DNA of 64,000 nucleotides. Origin: Macrostomum lignano. Its lineage: Eukaryota. The translations under genes and the position numbers were made by a program. Location: positions 58,494 through 122,493 of the forward strand of contig NIVC01001871.1 of the NCBI GenBank assembly GCA_002269645.1. Reading direction: 5' to 3'. Below, piece by piece: positions 37,620 through 52,913 of this stretch; the first letter of the stretch is position 1; the number at the start of each line of letters is the position of its first letter. Under the pieces are notes generated by a model. It made no database searches. It saw nothing but the letters and a program-made list of their open reading frames with translations, and was not told where the DNA came from.

Positions 37620-38712
37620 CCCTCCTCTCTCCTCTCCTCTCTCCTCTCCTCTCTCCTCTCTCCTCTCCTCTCTCCTCTCCTCTCTCCTCTCCTCTCTCCT
37701 CTCTCCTCTCCTCTCTCCTCTCCTCTCTCCTCTCCTCTCCCCTCTCCTCTCTCCTCTCCTCTCTCCTCTCCTCTCTCCTCTCCTCTCTCCTCTCCTCTCT
37801 CCTCTCCTCTCCTCTCCTCTCCTCTCCTCTCCTCTCCTCTCTCCTCTCCTTTTTCTCTCCTCTCTCCTCTCCTCTCTCCTCTCCTCTCTCCTCTCCTCTC
37901 TCCTCTCTCCTCTCCTCTCTCCTCTCCTCTCTCCTCTCCTCTCTCCTCTCCTCTCTCCTCTCCTCTCCTCTCCTCTCCTCTCCTCTCCTCTCTCCTCTCC
38001 TCTCTCCTCTCCTTTCTTCTCTCCTCTCTCCTCTCTCCTCTCTCCTCTCCTCTCTCCTCTCCTTTCTTCTCTCCTCTCTCCTCTCTCCTCTCTCCTCTCC
38101 TCTCCTCTCCTCTCTCCTCTCTCCTCTCTCCTCTCTCATCTCCTCTCCTCTCTCCTCCCCTCTCCTCTCCTCTCTCCTCTCCTCTCTCCTCTCCTCTCCT
38201 CTCTCCTCTCCTCTCCTCTCTCCTCTCCTTTTTTCTCTCTCTCTCCTCTCCTCTCTCCTCTCCTCTCTCCTCTCCTCTCTCCTCTCTCCTCTCCTTTTTT
38301 CTCTCCTCTCCTCTCTCCTCTCCTCTCTCCTCTCCTCTCTCCTCCCCTCTCTGCTCTCCTCTCCTCTCCTCTCCTCTCTCCTCTCCTTTCTTCTCTCCTC
38401 TCTCCTCTCTCCTCTCTCCTCTCCTCTCTCCTCTCTCCTCTCTCCTCTCTCCTCTCTCCTCTCTCCTCTCTCATCTCCTCTCCTCTCTCCTCCCCTCTCT
38501 CCTCTCCTCTCTCCTCTCCTCTCTCCTCTCCTCTCTCCTCTCCTCTCTCCTCTCCTCTCCTCTCCTCTCCTCTCTCCTCTCCTTTCTTCTCTCCTCTCTC
38601 CTCTCTCCTCTCTCCTCTCCTCTCTCCTCTCTCCTCTCTCCTCTCTCCTCTCTCATCTCCTCTCCTCTCTCCTCCCCTCTCTCCTTTCCTCTCTCCTCTC
38701 CTCTCTCCTCTC
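37620..38712 (+). repeat. 1.1-kb (CT)-only polypyrimidine tract
   Basis: CTCTC/CTCTCCT mosaic almost free of A and G; source of the spurious ERR-rich minus-strand ORFs. Confidence 0.97.
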
Positions 38713-39645
38713 AACTCTTATCCTTCTTCTTTAATCATTTGTCTCATTTTTCCTTTTCATTTCTCCTCCTAACTCGAATCTTATCTCTTTTCTTTCATTC
38801 TTCCCTTCCAACTGACCCAGCAGCTGCACGCATCCACACCAGACTCGAAGTCCTTTTACTGTCTGGCAATTTGCGATATGAATTCATCATGCAATGCAGC
38901 TCTGCCAATGACAGACAGTCAGGGCAAGTAAAAACACTTTAAAACCTTTTTAAAAAACTTCTGCTAGTACGCGCTCGTACTTTTAGTTAAAAGTTAACTA
39001 TTTCTGCAAAGCCCATCACGCAGGCTTTGCTACTAGAAGAAAAAATTACTAGAAATCTTGAATCTCAGCTTGCATTGGGAGCATGGCTATACTAAATATT
39101 ATAATATTTTCGAAGCCCGTCTTTAAAGGAACAGATGAGGAAGGGAACCTTGCTGATTGGGGGGGGGGGGGGGCTAACAGAGTTTGGTAGGAGGAGAAAG
39201 CGGCAAACTGTGTGAAGCAGAAAACAAAAAGCTTGCGGTCTTCACTTTGGTGAAAGGGGTTTGGTCATAAATATTCGCACCTGGGCCGCCAATCGTAAAG
39301 CTGACAGGAGCAGGCTAGGCCCGCCGGGTTATTTTCCACGCGCGGATTTCGCTTTTATTATTGAGAGACCGCCAGCTTTTATGATGCTCATATCTGCTGC
39401 GCAACGGGGGGGGCGAGAAAGGAGTTTAGCAGTGTTATTATTCCGTAAAATCTTCCGCATTTCTGGCATCAATTTATGCCGATCGGGTTTTTTGATTATT
39501 TCCTTCTTTGAAAAAGACGCGTAAACAGCTTTGAAAATTTTATCTTTCACAAGGGGGGAGATCGAACTGGGATCTGGGATCTTTTTGGCGGCTTAAAAAT
39601 GCAATATTCCGGGAGCGAGTTGGTAGCTTAGTCTTGACTCCGCCA

Positions 39646-40665
39646 CTCTCATCCTATGCTTGCCCTACTCTCATCCTATGCTTGCCCTACTCTCATCCTA
39701 TGCTTGCCCTACTCTCATCCTATGCTTGCCCTACTCTCATCCTATGCTTGCCCTACTCTCATCCTATACTTGCCTTACTCTCATCCTATGCTTGCCCTAC
39801 TCTCATCCTTTGCTTGCCCTACTCTCATCCTATGCTTGCCCTACTCTCATCCTATGCTTGCCCTACTCTCATCCTATGCTTGCCCTACTCTCATCCTATG
39901 CTTGCCCTACTCTCATCCTATGCTTGCCCTACTCTCATCCTATGCTTGCCCTACTCTCATCCTATGCTTGCCCTACTCTCATCCTATGCTTGCCCTACTC
40001 TCATCCTATGCTTGCCCTACTCTCATCCTATGCTTGCCCTACTCTCATCCTATGCTTGCCCTACTCTCATCCTATGCTTGCCCTACTCTCATCCTATGCT
40101 TGCCCTACTCTCATCCTATGCTTGCCCTACTCTCATCCTATGCTTGCCCTACTCTCATCCTATGCTTGCCCTACTCTCATCCTATGCTTGCCCTACTCTC
40201 ATCCTATGCTTGCCCTACTCTCATCCTATGCTTGCCCTACTCTCATCCTATGCTTGCCCTACTCTCATCCTATGCTTGCCCTACTCTCATCCTATGCTTG
40301 CCCTACTCTCATCCTATGCTTGCCCTACTCTCATCCTATGCTTGCCCTACTCTCATCCTATGCTTGCCCTACTCTCATCCTATGCTTGCCCTACTCTCAT
40401 CCTATGCTTGCCCTACTCTCATCCTATGCTTGCCCTACTCTCATCCTATGCTTGCCCTACTCTCATCCTATGCTTGCCCTACTCTCATCCTATGCTTGCC
40501 CTACTCTCATCCTATGCTTGCCCTACTCTCATCCTATGCTTGCCCTACTCTCATCCTATGCTTGCCCTACTCTCATCCTATGCTTGCCCTACTCTCATCC
40601 TATGCTTGCCCTACTCTCATCCTATGCTTGCCCTACTCTCATCCTATGCTTGCCCTACTCTCACA
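39646..40665 (+). repeat. 22-bp near-perfect minisatellite, ~46 copies
   Basis: Unit CTCATCCTATGCTTGCCCTACT; gives spurious ORFs in all three plus frames. Confidence 0.98.
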
Positions 40666-40818
40666 TTACCTACCCCACACTCATCTTGCCAACCTCACTC
40701 TCATCTCATTTACCCTACTCTCACCTTACCTACCTCACTCACACTCAGCCCACCACACTGTCAACCTACCCAGTCTAACAATGAATAAACAGTTATTTTT
40801 CAAACAAACCAATTTCAG

Positions 40819-45777
<4,959 letters not shown>

Positions 45778-46282
45778 AAAACAGTATTTTTCAGAACAAA
45801 TCAATCCTGCAAGTCTTTATTGAAGTCCTAATCTCTTAAAATACATAATCGAATGGATTTTCTCAGAGTAATCTATTACAGTACCTATAAAAACTTTAGC
45901 TAAAAGGAAACATATTCAATTTTAAGGGCCAAGTCAAGGCGTCAGTTCCCACATTATCATGATATGCCCGCTCAGTAATCAGCTAATAATAGTAGTACTA
46001 ACAGCAAGATAATAATAGGTAAGCAACTGTAACTTTCTGGGTAAAATTGCTCCATGGCATATTGAAATGTATCTCAATTAATCTGCCATAACTTATTCAA
46101 ACGCTTCCTAACCTCTGAAATCGCTCATACCTGTAGCTTGTGTCCGCTTGTGACGGCTTCTAGTTTTTAAAGATTCTCCATTTATCATATAAACTCTGTT
46201 ATGCATATAAATAAAAGATTTGTGTAAAGTGCCTCTGTACTCTAACTTTGCTATGTACTTAAGGCTTGCAAAATATTCACGA

Positions 46283-47135
46283 TGGATTGCTAATCTAGCC
46301 TACATCATGGATGCAGGAACAGAATGGATTGCTAATCTAGCCTGCATCATGGATGAAGGAATAGAATGGATTGCTAATCTAGCCTGCATCATGGATGAAG
46401 GAATAGAATGGATTGCTGATCTAGCCTAGATAATGGATGCAGGAACAGAATGGATTGCTAATCTAGCCTAGATAATGGATGCAGGGACAGAATGGATTGC
46501 TAATCTAGCCTACATCATGGATGCAGGAATAGAATGGATTGCTAATCTAGCCTAGATAATGGATGAAGGAACAGAGTGGATTGCTAATCTAGCCTACATC
46601 AAGGATGAAGAAATAGAATGGATTGCTAATCTAGCCTACATCATTGATGCCGGATAGGATGGATTGCTAATCTAACCTACATCATGGATGAAGGAATAGA
46701 ATGGATTGCTAATCTAGCCTACATCATGGATGAAGGAATAGAATGGATTGCTAATCTAGCCTACATCATGGATGCAGGAATAGAATGGATTGCTAATCTA
46801 GCCTACATCATGGGTGCAGGAACAGAATGGATTGCTAATCTAGCCTACATCATGGATGAAGGAATAGAATGGATTGCTAATCTAGCCTACATCATGGATT
46901 CAGGAATAGAATGGATTGCTAATCTAGCCTACATCATGGATTCAGGAATAGAATGGATTGCTAATCTAGCCTAGATAATGGATGAAGGAACAGAGTGAAT
47001 TGCTAATCTAGCCTACATCATGGATGAAGGAACAGAGTGGATTGCTAATCTAGCCTACATCATGGATACAGGGATAGAATGGATTGCTAATCTAGCTTAC
47101 ATCATGGATGAAGGATTAGAGTAGATTGCTAATCA
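46283..47135 (-). repeat. 42-bp minisatellite family A, third array, inverted, ~20 copies
   Basis: CATCATGGATGCAGGAATAGAATGGATTGCTAATCTAGCCTA is the reverse complement of the family-A unit. Confidence 0.97.
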
Positions 47136-47345
47136 AGCCAAGGCATTATACATACCCGGTAACTTATTAAACAACTTAATAAGGACTCCGCATCAAGATG
47201 ACTATTTAGAAGCGTCTATCACATCCAGTAACCAGTTGATCTTATTGTTCTATGGCAATTAGCTGTTCTCACTAGAAGCTAACAATTATTTTAACAACCG
47301 CTGTAAAAGTACTGCGCAGCAAGAAATTCACACAGCCAGCCAGCC

Positions 47346-48285
47346 ATGATTCGCATCAGCAACCAGCAGGAGTTCGCCTCCATAGCGCTGGGCTCGGACG
47401 CCAAGCTGTGGATCGAGCAGTCGTCAAGCGCCGCGCCGAACGGCGAGATGCGAATCCGGTTCCGCGCATTCCGCCCCGCCCCCCTGGACGTCCTGCCTAC
47501 GTACGCCGCCGCTGACGGAGTCGCCTCTACCGCTTGGCCACCCGTCCCGGTGGCGGCCACCCTCTACCTGTCGCCCAATCACGAGGACGTCGAGGAGGCC
47601 AGGTGCAAACGGATACTGGTGACTCGGCGAAGCGGCAACGGAGAGTCCTGCAAGGTGCGGCCGCGGTTGTGGCTGTGCGAGAATCTTTTGGAGGAAAGGG
47701 GATGTCTGGAAGTGCAGTGGGATCTCTGGATGATAGTGGGATCTCTAAGAGGGTAATGGGGTCTCTAGAAAGGTAGTGGGATGTCTGAAAGGTAGTGGGG
47801 TTTCTAAGAGGGTAGTGGGATCTGTGGAAAAGTAGTGGAATCTCTGGAAGGGTAGTGGCTAGTGGGATCTCTTGAAGGTAGGATCTCTGGAAGGTAGTAG
47901 GATCCCTGGAAGGGCGGTGGAATCTCTAGGAAGGTAGTAGGATCTCCTTAATGGTAGTGGGATCTCTGGGTTGGTAGTGGGATCTCTGCGAGGGTAGTGG
48001 GGTCTATTGAAGGGTAGTGGCATCTCTGGAATGGTATTGGAATCTATATGGTAGAGGGTAGTGAATTGTAAAATGTACTCGATACATGTACATGCAACTG
48101 TAATCACCCAATCCAATCAGGATCTGTTGGGCTTCGTGCCAGGACGCGACAGCGACACTGACGACCTGGTGCTTGTGCAGCTGGAGCAGATAGAGGAGCG
48201 GGCGCAGGCCACCGATGTACCGGTGGGTGTGGAACTTCTGGTCAGCTCGCATACCAGCTCATCCGTCACTGGCCTGGTCAACTGA
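47346..48285 (+). CDS. Uncharacterised 157-aa protein, two exons
   Basis: Exons 47346-47654 (AAG|GTGCGG) and 48121-48285 (CAATCAG|GAT), phase 0. GC-rich with coding-like codon use; the intron is repeat-filled like others in the window. Confidence 0.65.
47715..48035 (+). repeat. Degenerate ~21-bp repeat in the orphan gene intron
   Basis: GGAAGGGTAGTGGGATCTCT-like units. Confidence 0.85.
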
Positions 48286-49445
48286 GCTTTTGAGCTCAAT
48301 TTTTTACCTGTTTTGCAGAAACTCCATTGAAGCAAACAATCGACTTTGGCGCGTAAATTCATTACCGACGTTTTTTGAAAGTTGAAATTTAGCAATACAG
48401 TAAACATATAGCGAATCATTAAAAATCCGTGTCTTGCTACTAACAGTAGTAGCTATACCCAATGAAACGATTGTACCTATTAAAGTCTGCGACTTTGAAA
48501 CGGGGCGCTTCTATGACGTCTATCTGAGGCGTGCCAGAGTCGCCAAACAATCACTGAGTTGTGTCTAAAGCGCATCTGCGTCACTGTGAATTAGAATCGT
48601 ATTTCGGATTTACAACTCTATTTAGTCTACTTGAGTTAGTAGAAAGTTAAGCGCAAACACAACGACGCTTTTACGATTCTACAACTCAACGCATTACAGT
48701 AGTGTTTGAGTCGTTGAAAATTCACCAAGAGTCGCCCCAGACTCACTAGTGAGTTGCTTGCAATGAATCTTTAGCGATTCTTGTCACGGTAACGTTTTCA
48801 ACGGTATGGCAGGTAGAATTAAAGAATGAATTCAAAACAATTATATAAAACACAGATATACTATTCGCACTTAGTAAATTATTAATTAATTAGTACAAGG
48901 TCATAAATAGGTATAGTATATTTAGATAACCACAGTATATTATTAGTTATTTAAAGTTTATATCTGCGAAGTTTTACGAAGCGAACAAACGACTGCATCA
49001 GGGAATTGCTCTAAATCGTTAAATTAATTAAATAATTATTACATACTTACTAACTAGCTTACTACGTATATAATCATTACAATTAGCAATCATATATGTA
49101 GTACTATATATATATATAATATAACAATATAAAAAGCGACATACAAAGTCACCCACCTCTCTCTCACTTAAACAAGTAGGCGATAGACAAGCAGTAGTAT
49201 ATATTGATGATAAAAACACGGTACAGTACACGCGCACTCAATAAGTAAAACGGGACCAACTCTTAAGTGGACAAAGGAGAGGGGAGAAACGGCGAACGAT
49301 GGAGAACAACTGGGAGCGGCGGCTGCGGAGAGGTTCAGCGCAATTTTAAGCTAAAAAGGAACTCAATCATCATTATCACTGTCTCAGTATTGTAGGGTTC
49401 ACGCCTCTACTGCGTTCACGGATATTCAATTCCAAAATTAACGGC

Positions 49446-50644
49446 CTAGCGTTTCGCGTTACCATAGGAACCGCGCGCGGGCGGCACTTTAAAGCTGGCG
49501 GCGGCCTGGTACTGCAGCTGATAGGCCAGTGGGTGCACTTTGAAGCCGTACAGGCGCGGCACGAACTGATTGGCTGGCCGCTTGGGCCGGTATTCCGGGT
49601 GGACTAAAAATAGCATATGGGGAAACCCTGTGCCGAAATAGGCCCCGTCGGTGTGGTGGTGCCGCGAAGACTTCGGCGTGTAGACGTCCTGGCATTTGGG
49701 GCAGTACAGCTTCACCATGGCCTCGCCAGGCACGTCGGATAGGCCTGCAGGGTGAGGGCGATGGGGGAAGGAGTGTTGTGACCCACCCCGTTCTTATCAA
49801 ACCAGCGCCCACCCCCTTTCTTATAAAAAACGCACCCACCCCCATTCTTATCAAACCCGCACCCACTTCATTCTTATTAAACCCGCACCCACCCCATTCT
49901 TATCAAACCCGCACCCACCCCATTCTTATCAAACCCGCACCCACTTCATTCTTATTAAACCCGCACCCACCCCATTCTTATCAAACCCGCACCCACCCCA
50001 TTCTTATCAAACCCGCACTCACCCCATTCTTATCAAACCCGCATACACCCCATTCTTATCAAACCCGCACCAACCCCATTCTTATCAAACCCGCACTCAC
50101 CCTATTCTTATCAAATCCGCACCCACCCCATTCTTATCAAACCCGCACCCACCCCATTCTTATCAAACCCGCATCCACTTCATTCTTATCAAACCCGCAC
50201 CCACCCATTCTTATCAAACCCGCACCCACCCCAACCTCCTCAACACACGCGGCAGAACACACAAGAGTCCAATCGCTCACCAATGGGCATCACTGGCTGA
50301 TTCTCGCAATAGACCCGAGGACAGTAGCTGAACTCGCCATTCTGCCATTTCTCAATCATCTGGGCGATGCCGCGGTTAGTCATGATGTAGCGAGCGTGGA
50401 TGAGGCCGTACAGCATCTCGGCGGCCTGCTCAATGATGTCGGATTGGTTGGCATCGGACAGGTTGTCATCGGCTTCAAGATCGAGAATCATGTCCAGCGC
50501 CTGGTGATAGTGGGGCACCTGTTCGTTCAGGCCGGTCAAGTTGAACTTGTCCTGAATGTAGTCTTCATCGACTTCGCAGAAGAATTCGTTGCCGCGAAGG
50601 CCGCAGAACCAGGAGATCCAAGACACTTCTTCACTGGAGCTCAT
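49446..50644 (-). CDS. CSNK2B: Casein kinase II subunit beta
   Basis: Exons 50644-50281 and 49744-49446. [60 protein letters not shown]|[44 protein letters not shown] are diagnostic. Confidence 0.98.
49778..50235 (+). repeat. ~26-bp minisatellite in the CSNK2B intron
   Basis: Unit CCCATTCTTATCAAACCCGCACCCAC. Confidence 0.94.
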
Positions 50645-51162
50645 GGCGCTTTGTTATAATTAACGGCGCACGGGCATGCATATGAATAATGATAACTTGC
50701 AGCTGGCTACTAACAGTAACAGGTAACGGCTTGTCTTGTTCAGAAAATAGTAAACAAAGTGCTTTGTCACTGCGTTTGTCAAGTGAAACTAACCAATTAA
50801 TTTTTTATTTGGTAATCCTTTAAAACATCGGCCACATGAAGTATTGTTCAAATAGTCTAACAATTTTTAGGGGAAAATCGCCAGAAACTAAAAGCAACTG
50901 CTGGGTAAGAGAAGCAAAAACAAGAGTACAAAAAATATCTGCGATTATAAAAAGAAGAATAAAATGTCTCAATCATGCTATCAGTAGTACTGTACAGATA
51001 TATATATTGACTATGTAAAGAGCTCATCATAAACTCTCGAAACGAATACCAAATTAAAAACAATATGGGCGTGAAAGTGCTCAGAAATATACAGACTATT
51101 AATGGAAGATTAACTCTTAATAAGAGACAAAAGTGCATTAAATAACGCTTGAGCGTTTCAGT

Positions 51163-51176
51163 GTAACCATGGCAAC
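51163..51176. promoter_or_regulatory. Candidate RFX X-box
   Basis: GTAACCATGGCAAC fits the near-palindromic X-box consensus GTNRCC-N(0-3)-RGYAAC. It lies ~520 bp upstream of the CSNK2B ATG and ~660 bp upstream of the plus-strand exon at 51837. Confidence 0.4.
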
Positions 51177-51836
51177 AAAACAGGCTGGGAAGCGTCGAAA
51201 AAATAAAACAAAATAATAAAGCTGACTAAAAAATATCAATGAAACCATCAGTATTGCAACGTAGTAGATGACAATGGAATGAGGAAAAAGTATGAATAAA
51301 CGTGAAAACTTGACATGAAGAATCTGTGCGCCTTAGCAGCATAACAATATTAACAATAAGAGATAAGTGACCTTGGATATGCACATATTGCATAGCATAG
51401 CTAGTGAGAAAATGTTATGTCTATAACATTAAAGGATCTATTAGCTAGATTTTTGTATAGATGGCCCACAGCTCATGGATAGATGCTATCTAGATATCAG
51501 AGATAGCATATATGTGCGAGTTACGAGCGTAATACTCTATAATAATAATAATAATATAGACACGATAGACAGATGCTGCTTAGATATCATATAGATACAA
51601 TAGATAGGTGCTGTCTAGATATCATATAGGATACAGTAGGTAGATGCTGCCTAGATATCATATAGATACGGTAGGTAGATACTGTCAAAATATCATATAG
51701 AAACGATAGCTAGATACTGTCTAGATACGGTAGATAGATGCTGGGTGGGTAGTGTGCAGTTGCCATCTATATCTAGACGCCTAAGTACTAAATTCTCTAC
51801 TACAAGTAGGCAATCGCAATTTTGTCCCTAACTAGT

Positions 51837-52185
51837 GCGGCAGCTTCGTATCAGACCGGCTGCACCGTCGCAAGAGATGAAGGACGAGGCTGGGCCGATG
51901 GCAACAGTCGATGGCGGGACGCCAGCAGCCGGACCAGCCGAGGCTGAAGCGGCGGCAACTGATGATGCGGTGGGCCCCAGCTTAGCCAAAGCAGACCGCC
52001 GTCTAGCCATGACAGCTAGCAACAGGCAGAGCGGTAAAGCCGCTGCAGCCAGAAGCAGAAAACGGTCTTTGTTGGGTGACGCTGCTCGAGATGATGTTGA
52101 CACAGAAGATCGGATGCTGCTAGGAATAAAACGAAACCAACGAAGCAGCAAAGAGCCTGCAAATGCAATTAAGTTAAACAAATAA
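51837..52185 (+). CDS. Putative coding exon of an unidentified small protein (~102 aa from ATG 51877)
   Basis: Acceptor TTTTGTCCCTAACTAG at 51836, then a GC-rich, Ala/charged open frame (MKDEAGPMATVDGG...RSRKRSLLG...). No family recognised. Confidence 0.45.
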
Positions 52186-52429
52186 TTGGTAGAAATTGAT
52201 TGCTATCATATACATAGAACTATAAAATAAAATTGAGTTTGCAATCAGCTTCCATACAGCATCATGCCTTAGTATTTTCTTGATTTCAAATTCATTTGGT
52301 CTGCGAATGCTTGATTAGGATAAAAAGCTCCGCATATGTATACATGTATGTATTAATGTTGTGTACTTTCTCAATCTCATTAATTAATCCGCTTTCCCTT
52401 TGCCTTTCTTGGCAACTCTTATCTAGTCC

Positions 52430-52790
52430 CTGACAGTCTTATATTCTCCCTGACAGGTCTCATCATATCGCTGACAGGTCTTATCTTGTCCCTGAAAGGT
52501 CTTATCTTGTCCCTGACAGGTCTAATCTTATTCCTGACAGATCTTATCTTGTCCCTGACAGGTCTAATCTTATTCCTGACAGATCTTATCTTATCCCTGT
52601 CAGGTCTAATCTTATTCCTGACAGAACGTATCTAATCTCGGACAGATATTATCTTGTCCCTGAAAGATCTTATCTTGTCCCTGAAAGATCTTATCTTGTC
52701 CCTGAAAGATCTTGTCTTATCTCTGACAGATCTTATCTGGTCCCTGACGGATCTTATCTTGTCTTTAACAAATCCATCTTGTCCCTGACA
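52430..52790 (+). repeat. 21-bp degenerate minisatellite
   Basis: Unit CTGACAGATCTTATCTTGTCC. Confidence 0.9.
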
Positions 52791-52913
52791 GGTTGTATCC
52801 GTCTCGTCTCTTGTCTAGACACACCTAGCTTTCCGCCTACACGCTTAACATTGTCCTAACACACCAATACTGTCCCAACACACTAACTCCTGCCCATACA
52901 CCCCACAACCACA

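Noticed and set aside
37567-38714. Glu/Arg-rich trichohyalin-like ORFs
   Set aside because: Antisense translation of the CT tract.
49778-50659. 293-aa plus-strand ORF overlapping CSNK2B
   Set aside because: Intronic repeat plus the antisense frame of a conserved coding exon.
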